Assembly (NCBI RefSeq): GCF_051307035.1
Contig: NZ_CP195536.1
Span: 1,410,001-1,442,000, forward strand
Length of the DNA stretch: 32,000 nt
Direction: 5' to 3'
Source of the DNA: Psychrobacter sp. DM4
Lineage (GTDB): Bacteria > Pseudomonadota > Gammaproteobacteria > Pseudomonadales > Moraxellaceae
Shown: in pieces, positions 17,931 through 27,169 of the stretch
Position numbering within the stretch: position 1 is the first letter of the stretch
Layout of the letters: each line of letters begins with the position of its first letter
The notes under the pieces: generated by a model
Seen by the model: only the letters and a program-made list of their open reading frames with translations
What the model was told of the DNA's origin: nothing
Database searches by the model: none
Program-made: the position numbers and the translations under genes

Positions 17931-18599
17931 TTACTCCGCTTTTTCTACAATAAATGGGCGATAGTATTCTGCTAGACGGTTCATAGAGTCATTCGGTAGA
18001 TCAGGTAATAGTTTGGTTAGCGCCATGTTCATACCTTTATCAATCACCGCTTTGGTCACAGGCACAGATTTGCGCTTGAACATACCCAATTTAAGCGTTT
18101 CGGCATAATGACTAATGAAATGAGTCAGCGTCTCATCGTTCATAGTCTCAAGAGCTGTCTTAAATTTGACAGTATCGACATGCTCAGGTGTCACAGCCGC
18201 AAAGCCTTCTGTGATGGTCTGCGCGGCGCTTTCAGACAGCTGATAGCCGACACGGCTAACGCCTTCATTATCGATAAACGTCGCTTGATCTCGCAAAAAA
18301 TGAAAGCTTGGCATCACATCTTCGTTGTTCTCTTTATTGAGCAAAATATTAAGCAAAGTATCGGCGGCCTTTTCTATCGTACCGACGGTCTTGCGCATGG
18401 CCGCTTGACGCTCAGGATTAGGGATAATCTCAACCAAACCAACCAAGAGATTGTCGATCAAGTCACGAGCCGTTTGATGAGTGAGGGCATCACGGTATTT
18501 GTAGTACTCTACGTGCTCATCCGATGCTTCTACTTGTGCGGCTTCCTCTATCAATTGTTTGAGTTTTTCTGAAGGTTCAAATCCAAAATAATGTGCCAT
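17931..18599 (-). CDS. Hypothetical protein, 222 aa, predicted soluble and largely helical
   Basis: It is a long clean ORF on the same strand as its neighbours, 70 nt downstream of the GTPase gene. I recognise no motif. Confidence 0.65.
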   Translation of the reverse strand: MAHYFGFEPSEKLKQLIEEAAQVEASDEHVEYYKYRDALTHQTARDLIDNLLVGLVEIIPNPERQAAMRKTVGTIEKAADTLLNILLNKENNEDVMPSFHFLRDQATFIDNEGVSRVGYQLSESAAQTITEGFAAVTPEHVDTVKFKTALETMNDETLTHFISHYAETLKLGMFKRKSVPVTKAVIDKGMNMALTKLLPDLPNDSMNRLAEYYRPFIVEKAE

Positions 18600-18669
18600 G
18601 TAATATCCTTGGGTTGTGTGATAACGAAGTGTTACCGTTTAATAAGATCGTTCTTTAAAAGGGTTATCT

Positions 18670-20334
18670 CTAACTGTGTTGGTTTTGAAGTTTCTCTGAC
18701 TGTAATTTCGATGATAGGGACCATGCTATATCTAGACGCAAACTTCTAGCCAGTTCCGACTGACCACCACCTAACGATGACCATTGTGGTTTGCTGCGCG
18801 CTTTTTTGAGCTCGCTCGGTAGTTTATGCGCAGGCCACAGTATATTTGCACTATCTTCTATTGCACTATTAGAGTCTTGCAACTCTTCTTTAGGTATTGA
18901 CTCATTTTGGTACAAGAGCTGAGTGGCATCGGTTGCCGCATGACCGCGATGACGAAGCGCTGTAAGAAGGTCTACCGCACGCGTTGCTAATAGGGTAAGC
19001 GTAGCGGGGTCAATATATAGACGTTTAACGCCAGTAATCATATCGGCAATGCTACTCGTATTCGAGAGTAAGCCGCCACCGATAGCACCTAATGCAGCGC
19101 CAAGTCCGAGCGTCGTACCAAGGGCCGCCGCATCGATACCTAAACCTAATAACGCGCCAGCAGCAGCGCCCGAAGTCGTTCGAATACCATAGCTTTTGAG
19201 TAGCTGCGGATCAAAGGGATCTTGCTGATAGGCTTGTAATTCAAGCGGGGTCGAGGCAACATCATTATCATAGAAGCGATATAGATTAAGTAACGTATTT
19301 TGCGTGGCGCGCTCACTTTGGCGCACTGCCTCTTGCATTTGTGTGAGTACTGGCAACGGGTCATCGCCTTCATTGATTTCACGGACAAAGGCGGCTACAT
19401 TTAATAAAAAGTCTGCGATGATGATATTCGCCTCGTCATACAACCTTGCCCAATCCTCAGTCCGCCGCTGCATTAATTGCTCTAGCCTCTCTGAGCGGAT
19501 AAGCATAGTCGAGAGGTTGTCCCATAGGCGCATCTCATCTTCAAACTCAAAAGCTACCGAGTCAAAACGAGTGGATATATGCAAGTTGCGACGTGCCAGC
19601 ATTATCTGCCAGTCATCGATATTGGCGTCTTGGCTATCGGTGAAGTTAAATACAGGCATAACGGGTATCGCCGCCCAAGATAAAATCGCCAATTCATCTT
19701 TGTATTTACCCAGTACTGGCTCACGCGCATCAACGACATAGACTGCCATATCACTTGCTAATAATTGTCTAATGACTTTGGCTTCTTGACTATAGTCGTC
19801 AAAACCAGTGGCCGCACCAGTCGCTATGTCTGCCGCCAAAAACTGTTGCAAGCGCTCAATACCATCGCGGCGACTGGCAGTATTGTCCTCAAGCCAGTCC
19901 ATAAGCCCCGAGGCATCTTCTAATCCTGGTGTATCATACAAAGTAACCAGCACTTCACCGGTCTGACTATCTGTCAGTTGCGCGCGCTCCACATGACGTG
20001 TAGTTGCTGCTTCGTTTTTGACTTCACCAAAATAAACATCACGCAGCAGGGTACGTAGTATGGAGGTCTTGCCCGTATTGGTATGGCCAACAACGGCTAA
20101 TTTCAACGGCTCACCACTGCCAATCGTCGTTTTATTTTGCGTAGTAAGTGTGCTATCAACAGGCTCACTATTATCGTTATCGATTGATATAGGTTGCGAT
20201 CGTTCAACGGTTCCTAGTGAACTATTAGTATTGTATTCTATAGCGTCATTGGTGCGCATAGGTGCATCATAAGCCTTATCAGCGAACAGACCTCTGCCTT
20301 TAGGTTTATTATTATTAGATTGATCATTATTCAT
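18670..20334 (-). CDS. P-loop GTPase with a C-terminal glycine-zipper membrane segment; recalled family GTPase/DUF3482
   Basis: G1 is GHTNTGKTS (aa 83-91, nt 20062-20088), the G2 candidate is ATTRH and G3 is DTPGLED. The G4 position reads NFTD rather than NKxD. The C-terminal third contains TSGAAAGALLGLGIDAAALGTTLGLGAALGAIGGGLL. The family name comes from memory, not from a search. Confidence 0.8.
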   Translation of the reverse strand: MNNDQSNNNKPKGRGLFADKAYDAPMRTNDAIEYNTNSSLGTVERSQPISIDNDNSEPVDSTLTTQNKTTIGSGEPLKLAVVGHTNTGKTSILRTLLRDVYFGEVKNEAATTRHVERAQLTDSQTGEVLVTLYDTPGLEDASGLMDWLEDNTASRRDGIERLQQFLAADIATGAATGFDDYSQEAKVIRQLLASDMAVYVVDAREPVLGKYKDELAILSWAAIPVMPVFNFTDSQDANIDDWQIMLARRNLHISTRFDSVAFEFEDEMRLWDNLSTMLIRSERLEQLMQRRTEDWARLYDEANIIIADFLLNVAAFVREINEGDDPLPVLTQMQEAVRQSERATQNTLLNLYRFYDNDVASTPLELQAYQQDPFDPQLLKSYGIRTTSGAAAGALLGLGIDAAALGTTLGLGAALGAIGGGLLSNTSSIADMITGVKRLYIDPATLTLLATRAVDLLTALRHRGHAATDATQLLYQNESIPKEELQDSNSAIEDSANILWPAHKLPSELKKARSKPQWSSLGGGQSELARSLRLDIAWSLSSKLQSEKLQNQHS

Positions 20335-20464
20335 AATAAGTGCTTAGTGTTTAGGGTACTTACGAGTGTAGCGTAAAATCAGCTTAAATATCGAAAGGAG
20401 TGAGCTAAAAAATCAGCTCTAGATATGCTCGCTTGCGTCATTTTATAATACACGTTACTGTCTA

Positions 20465-21796
20465 TCAGTTACTAACCAGACCAATTTTACGAGCCGACAG
20501 GGCAGTCTGCCACTGCTGAACTCTTACATGATTTTGTTCATTATCGCCATCAACGCCATTTAACAGCTGAACGATTAATCCATTCTTAGCATGACTGGCG
20601 ATGCTGTCAAGTTTACGTAGTGTACCGCGATCAGGTAGCGCTTGATTATGAATACCAAGCAGCACTTGCACAGGATGAGTGTCTAGATAGGTCGTTAGCC
20701 GTGTCATGTCATCTCGATCGTCAACGATACCGAAATTTTCAATCTTATCATCAAGACCTAACTGCCACCAGTGGTCAACATCATAAGGATACTCAAGTAA
20801 CGCCACCAGTTTCTTACCAGTGCTCACCAACGCCTTTGGTGCAACAGGTGCAGACTTCTCAGTGAAATCATCAGCATCGACCACTTGGCGCTGCCAGAAG
20901 TTTATGATTTTTTGATAGTAAGGCAGTTTGGTATCCAAGCGCATCTTGCGGCGGCGGAACATAAGGGCACAAAACGCCCAAGCAATCGCACGCGGTACGA
21001 TGCCATACATCAGCAAACTACCAATCAGTAGGCTTGACCATTGACGAGCAATAGACAAGGGCAGGGCATCTGTTACCAGACGGCTCTGGATGATCGACTC
21101 ATTATCTGGAACACCAAAGCCGACCATACTAGGCAACCAACCAAGCACTTGAGTCAAGGTGATCAGCGCCTGATCGGAGAGTAACGTCGACTCCCAACTA
21201 AAGCTATACTGACGCACAATAAGTAAAAAGATAATCGCAAGCAGCATACCTGATAAGGTTGCAAGCCATAACTGATGACTAAATTTTCCTAGATACCAGC
21301 GCATACCACTGTGTTCTAATTGACGCTCATATAGTGTAACTGCCGCTTGGGTAACATCGTCCTTGCCTCGTATCAAACGATTGGGACTCACAAAACTAGC
21401 GAACCAACTTGGCGTTTGTTTGCCTTGACTCATGAGCGTAAGCACGAGCCAACCGACCAACATAACCGTATGAAACCCAAGTAGACAGACTAAAACATAA
21501 AAGAAATTGACCACATTGGCTTGTAGCAAGGTAAATAAACCCAAAAATCCTGAGATGCACCATACCACGCTCATGACCAGCATAATGCCTTTGATACGTC
21601 CGTCAATCTTGCCAAGAATTCGTGCCAGCGCGCCATTGCTATCGATACGGGTTGCACGGCGATGCAACTTTTGGATAGGCGTACCACCCTCGTTTTGCAA
21701 CTTTTCGGTTATCAGTAGCGGATCGGTCGCAAACACATGCTGCTGGCTCTCAAGCGTACGCACCAGCTCGGTCAATTGATCTTGGGGTGATAGCAT
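20465..21796 (-). CDS. Polytopic inner-membrane protein; recalled family DUF2868, the usual partner of DUF3482 GTPases
   Basis: This is a 443-aa ORF with several hydrophobic spans (IMLVMSVVWCISGFLGLFTLL, FFYVLVCLLGFHTVMLVGWLVLTL, LATLSGMLLAIIFLLIV, LLIGSLLMYGIVPRAIAWAFCALMF) and a soluble C-terminal domain. It lies directly upstream of the GTPase on the same strand. Confidence 0.75.
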   Translation of the reverse strand: MLSPQDQLTELVRTLESQQHVFATDPLLITEKLQNEGGTPIQKLHRRATRIDSNGALARILGKIDGRIKGIMLVMSVVWCISGFLGLFTLLQANVVNFFYVLVCLLGFHTVMLVGWLVLTLMSQGKQTPSWFASFVSPNRLIRGKDDVTQAAVTLYERQLEHSGMRWYLGKFSHQLWLATLSGMLLAIIFLLIVRQYSFSWESTLLSDQALITLTQVLGWLPSMVGFGVPDNESIIQSRLVTDALPLSIARQWSSLLIGSLLMYGIVPRAIAWAFCALMFRRRKMRLDTKLPYYQKIINFWQRQVVDADDFTEKSAPVAPKALVSTGKKLVALLEYPYDVDHWWQLGLDDKIENFGIVDDRDDMTRLTTYLDTHPVQVLLGIHNQALPDRGTLRKLDSIASHAKNGLIVQLLNGVDGDNEQNHVRVQQWQTALSARKIGLVSN

Positions 21797-22048
21797 GGTT
21801 TGATATCCGTTTAAAAAGAGGCAGAATCGAGATTAAAAGTTAAAACGTAGCTTATCATAACCAAAATCGCATCAATAACAAAGCTATCAAGGTATGTAAA
21901 GCTAAAACATTAAGACTTATGACTACAAGACTACTGGTTCACAAAAGCTATGCTTCTCACGGTTTTGTCACAGTAAAGTTCACAAAAATCAGCCAAAATA
22001 AATCGTTAAGTCTATAGCGATGATAACATCAGTAATAAAGGATCTATT

Positions 22049-22801
22049 ATGAACAAAACCTATCTCATCATCGGTGGTACAGGCGGTATTGGTCAGGCGA
22101 TGGTTGAGCAGATCATAGAGACAAATAAAAACTCAAATCACAGCGTGCTGATATTCGCAACTTTCCACAGAACCGTGCCCAACATTAAGGCGGATAATGT
22201 GCATTGGCTACAGATGGATGTCGGTGATGAGGAGAGTATTGCACAAGCGGTCGATACTATTAGGCAGCACAGTATTCATTTGGACTGGGTAATCAACTGT
22301 GTCGGGCTACTTCATACAGATACCTCGCAACCAGAAAAAGCGCTTAGACAAGTGGAGACTGAATTCTTTTTACAGAATATGCAAATCAATGCTTTGGCAG
22401 GTTTGCTGATTGCCAAACACATCAAACCCTTACTATCTAAAGCTGAGCGCAGTGATGGCACGCCTGCGATATACGCAACCATATCCGCGCGCGTGGGTAG
22501 CATTAGCGATAATGAGCTTGGCGGCTGGTACAGCTATCGTATGAGCAAAGCGGCGCTCAATATGGGCATGAAAAACTTGAGTATAGAGTGGGGTCGTTCG
22601 TTAAAGAATGTTTGCATCGTAGTTATGCAACCAGGTACGGTGAACACGCAATTATCAGCACCTTTTCAGGGTAATGTCGCAGAGGGTCATTTGTTCTCGC
22701 CTGCTTATAGCGCTGAGTGCTTGCTCGACGTACTATCGGGTGTGACGGCGGCGCAATCAGGAAGTTTTGTGGATTGGTCAGGCGCGTCGATACCTTGGTA
22801 A
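22049..22801 (+). CDS. Short-chain dehydrogenase/reductase (SDR) family oxidoreductase
   Basis: It has the cofactor motif IIGGTGGIGQAM near the N-terminus and the catalytic YSYRMSKAALN (YxxxK). AAAGGA lies upstream of the ATG. Confidence 0.85.
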   Translation: MNKTYLIIGGTGGIGQAMVEQIIETNKNSNHSVLIFATFHRTVPNIKADNVHWLQMDVGDEESIAQAVDTIRQHSIHLDWVINCVGLLHTDTSQPEKALRQVETEFFLQNMQINALAGLLIAKHIKPLLSKAERSDGTPAIYATISARVGSISDNELGGWYSYRMSKAALNMGMKNLSIEWGRSLKNVCIVVMQPGTVNTQLSAPFQGNVAEGHLFSPAYSAECLLDVLSGVTAAQSGSFVDWSGASIPW

Positions 22802-22833
22802 ATGAAGTCTTAAAGAAGTAAATCAACACAATG

Positions 22834-22876
22834 AAAAAGGGCGTGCCGTCATTTAATCAACGACACGCCCTTTTGG
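22834..22876. terminator. Bidirectional rho-independent terminator between the convergent SDR gene and prpD
   Basis: The sequence is GAAAAA-GGGCGTGcCGT-catttaatca-ACGaCACGCCC-TTTTGG. The stem has 7 + 3 bp with one mismatch and is flanked by an A-run and a T-run. Confidence 0.65.
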
Positions 22877-22885
22877 TTAAATAAA

Positions 22886-24388
22886 TTAATTAGTCACAAA
22901 CAAATCCATAAACTCGTTAACAGGTTTCTGCTCTAAACGCGATTGATCATTACATAGTGCGATGATTTCATCACAGCGCGTCTCCACAAAACGCGTGGCT
23001 AGATTGGCTCTGAATTTAGCCTCTAATATTGGAATACCAGCTGCGCGTCTACGTTTGTGTCCGATGGGGTATTCGATAGCCACCTTGTCGGTACTGCTGC
23101 CATCGTTGAAGAACACTTGAATGGCATTGGCAATAGAGCGCTTACTGGGATCATGATAATCCGTTGAGTAGCTCGGATCTTCTACTACCTCCATCTTGCG
23201 ACGTAGCGGATCGATCAGCAGATGATGCTGCTCGTGATAGTCATCTTCGTAGTCCTCTGCCATCAGATCTCCCGTCAATAGGGCAACGGCAACCATATAT
23301 TGCAAACAGTGATCACGGTCAGCGGGGTTGGACAACTCGCCTTCTTTTGAGATGATGCGAATCGCGGACTCATGAGTAGTCAGAACGATTTTGTCGATAT
23401 CATCAATCCTATCTTCTATACGTGGATGCAAAATTACCGCAGCTTCACAAGCCGTTTGCGCATGGAACTCAGCGGGGAAGCTGAGTTTAAACAAGATATT
23501 TTCCATAACATAACTGCCAAACTCGCGCTGAAATCTAAACTGGCGCTCGCTCTCATGTTTTAATGCCAGATCTTTATTAGTATGGCTAAAGAGCACATCA
23601 TAAAATCCCCATTGCGGCGCGGTCAAAGCGCCAGGAATACCCATCTCACCGCGCAGGGTAATATCCACTAGGCGTACCGCACGGCTAGTGGCATCGCCTG
23701 CCGCCCAGGATTTACGGCTGCCAGCATTGGGTGCATGACGATAAGTACGCAGCGCTTGACCATCGACCAAGGACTGCGAGATAGCTGCCATCATACGTTC
23801 GCGTGGCAGATTATAGAGCTTTGCTACAACAGCGGTTGAGGCAAGCTTGACCAAAAACACATGATCAAGACCGACACGATTAAAGGAATTCTCAAGTGCC
23901 AGCACGCCCTGAATCTCATGCGCCATAATCATCGCCTCTAGCACATGGCGCATAGTGAGTGGCACGTGCCCTCGGCTAATATTGCACTGACTGATGTAAT
24001 CAGCCACAGCCAAGATACCACCGACATTATCAGAAGGATGTCCCCATTCTGCTGCCAGCCAGGTGTCGTTATAATCGAGCCAACGTACCATGCAGCCGAT
24101 GTCAAAAGCAGCTTTGATAGGATCTAGCCTGTAAGCGGTACCAGGTACGCGCGCGCCATTTGGGGTGATTTGATCGGGGCTGTTTGGCCCTAAATGCTTG
24201 GTACATTCAGGGAAGCGCAGTGCTAGCAGACCGCAGCCAAGCGTATCCATCAGGCAGTGACGCGCAGTATGCCAAGCATCAGCGCTGTTTGGGGAGTCGT
24301 TATCGATAGAATAATCAAGGACGTAATCGGCGATTTTTTGAATCTCATCGTCGTATTCTGGACGGACGTTGCTCTCTACAGTAGACAT
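22886..24388 (-). CDS. prpD: 2-methylcitrate dehydratase PrpD
   Basis: It is near-colinear with remembered E. coli PrpD: [96 protein letters not shown] and [11 protein letters not shown] prefer the ATG at 24388 (MSTVESN, with GAGG 9 nt upstream) over the track start at 24406. Confidence 0.92.
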   Translation of the reverse strand: MSTVESNVRPEYDDEIQKIADYVLDYSIDNDSPNSADAWHTARHCLMDTLGCGLLALRFPECTKHLGPNSPDQITPNGARVPGTAYRLDPIKAAFDIGCMVRWLDYNDTWLAAEWGHPSDNVGGILAVADYISQCNISRGHVPLTMRHVLEAMIMAHEIQGVLALENSFNRVGLDHVFLVKLASTAVVAKLYNLPRERMMAAISQSLVDGQALRTYRHAPNAGSRKSWAAGDATSRAVRLVDITLRGEMGIPGALTAPQWGFYDVLFSHTNKDLALKHESERQFRFQREFGSYVMENILFKLSFPAEFHAQTACEAAVILHPRIEDRIDDIDKIVLTTHESAIRIISKEGELSNPADRDHCLQYMVAVALLTGDLMAEDYEDDYHEQHHLLIDPLRRKMEVVEDPSYSTDYHDPSKRSIANAIQVFFNDGSSTDKVAIEYPIGHKRRRAAGIPILEAKFRANLATRFVETRCDEIIALCNDQSRLEQKPVNEFMDLFVTN

Positions 24389-24553
24389 AACTAGTACCTC
24401 TTCCATGAGTCAAATATGAATGTGCTATTAAAAGCTTTCTTAGTATCAGAAAACTAACAACAGTCATGACTCAAAAGTAGCACAGTCAATATCGACTCGC
24501 CAAAGGGTATTATGTTATGAATGTTTGTAGGACTAAGCGTCAAAAGACAAGAT

Positions 24554-25177
24554 TTAGGTCATCAAATAAATCAGGCCAGCGATAAATAGCAGACCTAGTA
24601 TCAAAAGTAAAAAGATAAGCGTATTCGCGACCACACCTGAGGACTCTTTTTTTACTTTCACCTTTTTAAGCACCTGCAATACCATTCTAACGTGTTCGAT
24701 ACCGTCCTCTAAATAACGCTCGCCTTCTACGACGAACCCTAACGACTCATAAAAAGGGAGCAAGTAGGTTTGCGCTGAGATGATGATGGGTTTTTTGCCG
24801 TATTTTCTGCGGCAGTATTGTATGGCATTCGTCATGATTTGACGTGCCAGCCCATAGCCTCTATGTTCAGGCAATACTAATACACGCCCGATAGCAGGCA
24901 TAGCACCTGAGATCTGTTTTGAGGCGTGATACGGAGAAGTAGTCACGGATAAGTTGGTGGTCAGGGTGTTGACTTCAGGCGAAATAATTCGGCAATAACC
25001 GACAAGCGCTTCATCCTTGTGCGCGATCAGATGTAAGCAGTCAAAATCGACTTCGTCTATGTCTTGGTAGGGACAGTTTTGCTCTACCACAAACACCTGC
25101 GAGCGGGCTTTTAGAATGTGATAGAGGTCGACTGTCGTAAGCTCATCAAAGGTTTTTATTGAAAATTGGGTGCTCAT
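24554..25177 (-). CDS. elaA: ElaA-like GNAT N-acetyltransferase with an internal insertion and a C-terminal hydrophobic tail
   Basis: LYHILKARSQVFVVEQNCPYQDIDEVD matches the ElaA signature (VFVVEQNCPYQDID). The acetyl-CoA site is RGYGLARQIM. The protein is 207 aa, against roughly 150 aa for ElaA from memory, and it ends with VVANTLIFLLLILGLLFIAGLIYLMT. Confidence 0.8.
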   Translation of the reverse strand: MSTQFSIKTFDELTTVDLYHILKARSQVFVVEQNCPYQDIDEVDFDCLHLIAHKDEALVGYCRIISPEVNTLTTNLSVTTSPYHASKQISGAMPAIGRVLVLPEHRGYGLARQIMTNAIQYCRRKYGKKPIIISAQTYLLPFYESLGFVVEGERYLEDGIEHVRMVLQVLKKVKVKKESSGVVANTLIFLLLILGLLFIAGLIYLMT

Positions 25178-25254
25178 AGGTCAATAACTTTTGGAATATT
25201 GGGAGTGAGAATAAAAATGTATTATAGTCGATACTTAATAAATTTTACTACTTA

Positions 25255-27105
25255 TCAACCATTGATCGTCTGACTGATTTTATCTAAATTTAAGCTATCA
25301 GACATCGCAGTAAATATCTCGTAGTACTTACCGCGTTTCTCATATAACTCTTCGTGCGTACCCGTCTCAACGACTTGACCATTCTCTATCACCACCAAAT
25401 CATCGGCATCGATAATTTGTGCGATGTTATGTGAGACCATAATCACCGTACGGTCTTGTTTGATTAGATCGAGGCTTTTTTTGACTTGTTGACTGGCGAT
25501 AGCATCGAGGCTAGCGGTTGGCTCATCCAAAAACACAATCGGCGGATCTTTTAAAAACATCCGTGCCAGCGCAATACGTTGTTGTTGACCACCAGATAAA
25601 GACTTTGCGGTGCTCTCATAGCCATTGGCTAATTCTGATATTTGCTCATGGATAGAGGCTTTTTTGGCAGCCGTAATAATATCGTCGTCAGTGGCATTGA
25701 TATCGCCATAACGAATGTTTTCGCTGATGGTGCCTGAGAATATATGATTGCTCTGTAATACTAGTCCAATGCGCTGGCGCAATTCATGCGTATCACAGTC
25801 TGCCAAATCATGACCGTCTAAGTATATCATGCCGCTATCTGGTGCATAAAATTTGACCAATAAGCTAATAATAGTACTCTTGCCCGCACCTGATAACCCG
25901 ACCAAAGCGGTGATACGATTGGGGTGGATCTCAAAGCTTACATCCTTTAAGGCTTGCGTCCCATTAGGATAAGTAAAATCGACGTTTTTAAGCTCTATAT
26001 GACCTTTTAGATCTTTGCTACTTCTACCGTCTATATTTTCAACTTGTTTATCATCGTCTAATATCTCAAAAAACCCTTCAGCATAGGTCAAAGCATTATT
26101 GATCTGATCGTAGATACGATGCAATTGACGAATAGGGGCAGCGACGTTTTGAAATAGCAACACGTGAAACAAAACCATGCCGATAGTCATCTCGCCCTTT
26201 AATACAAAGTAGGCGGTCAGCAGGATAATAACTACAATACCAATCTGCTCAATAAAGGTCTTAATTGCGTCATAAATAAAGCCAATACTACGAATACGTA
26301 GCTGATTATCGGTCATCTCATGCTGAATCTTGTAATGTTTATCCGCTTCAATTGACTCGCGGACAAAGGATTTGACCACACTGATTGAGTTAATTAAGGA
26401 GATGACTAAGCCGCTTTTGGCTTCTCGAAAGCCGCGCATCTCACGGCGAAAGCCTTGCAAGCGCCGCGCTTGTTTTTGACTGATAAAGAAGTAAATCGGG
26501 ATGATAATCAGCCCAACTAGACCAATCCAAAAGTTGGTGGAGAACATGATAATCAGCGAGACCAGAGCGCTGGCAAACAGCGGCAGCATATCGATAAAGA
26601 AGTTTTGCACGAGGCTGGTCAAGCTCATAACGCCGTAGTCAATGCGAGTTTGCAATTTACCGCTGTCATTCTCAGAACTGGTATAAAACGCCATGCGATA
26701 CGTGAGAATACGCTCAATAATACGCTGTGATAAATCGCGTGAGAGATTGATACGAATCTTTTCGCCATAAAAGCGCTGACCAAAAGAGATAAATATCGAT
26801 AGTATTTCTTTAGTCAATAACACAACACTGATAATAGTGAGCATGCGCAAGCCTGCCTGCCAAGGATCAGCAAGCGTGGCAATTTCAGTCAAGGTATCAA
26901 CGGTATAACGTAGTACAAAGGCATTTACCTGCGCGGTAAACGAACCCAATACCGTCAAGAGTAGGGTGAAAAGGATCAAGGTTTTGTAAGGTAAAGCAAA
27001 TACAGCCAGCTTTTTTAGGATATTCCACAGCAACGCCCGCCGCTCAGTCTTTTTGACTGGCGGCTTTTTAAAGGGTGATTTGTTTAGATTAGAAGGGGTT
27101 GGCAT
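25255..27105 (-). CDS. Fused permease/ATPase ABC exporter (MsbA/multidrug-type half transporter)
   Basis: This is a 616-aa ORF with an N-terminal six-helix-type membrane domain. The C-terminal nucleotide-binding domain carries Walker A GLSGAGKST, the signature LSGGQQQRIALAR, Walker B VFLDEPTASLD and the H-loop VSHN. Confidence 0.9.
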   Translation of the reverse strand: MPTPSNLNKSPFKKPPVKKTERRALLWNILKKLAVFALPYKTLILFTLLLTVLGSFTAQVNAFVLRYTVDTLTEIATLADPWQAGLRMLTIISVVLLTKEILSIFISFGQRFYGEKIRINLSRDLSQRIIERILTYRMAFYTSSENDSGKLQTRIDYGVMSLTSLVQNFFIDMLPLFASALVSLIIMFSTNFWIGLVGLIIIPIYFFISQKQARRLQGFRREMRGFREAKSGLVISLINSISVVKSFVRESIEADKHYKIQHEMTDNQLRIRSIGFIYDAIKTFIEQIGIVVIILLTAYFVLKGEMTIGMVLFHVLLFQNVAAPIRQLHRIYDQINNALTYAEGFFEILDDDKQVENIDGRSSKDLKGHIELKNVDFTYPNGTQALKDVSFEIHPNRITALVGLSGAGKSTIISLLVKFYAPDSGMIYLDGHDLADCDTHELRQRIGLVLQSNHIFSGTISENIRYGDINATDDDIITAAKKASIHEQISELANGYESTAKSLSGGQQQRIALARMFLKDPPIVFLDEPTASLDAIASQQVKKSLDLIKQDRTVIMVSHNIAQIIDADDLVVIENGQVVETGTHEELYEKRGKYYEIFTAMSDSLNLDKISQTING

Positions 27106-27169
27106 AGAGGATTAGGATAAAGTAAATCGTTATAGATATCTGTAATAAAAGTGAGTCTAAGACGAGTCT

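Noticed and set aside
18108-19741. Antisense ORFs 18108..18572 (+, 154 aa), 19304..19741 (+, 145 aa) and 19146..19388 (-)
   Set aside because: They lie entirely within better-supported minus-strand genes (the 222-aa protein and the GTPase). Their Ser/Arg/Cys-rich composition is typical of the reverse strand of real genes.
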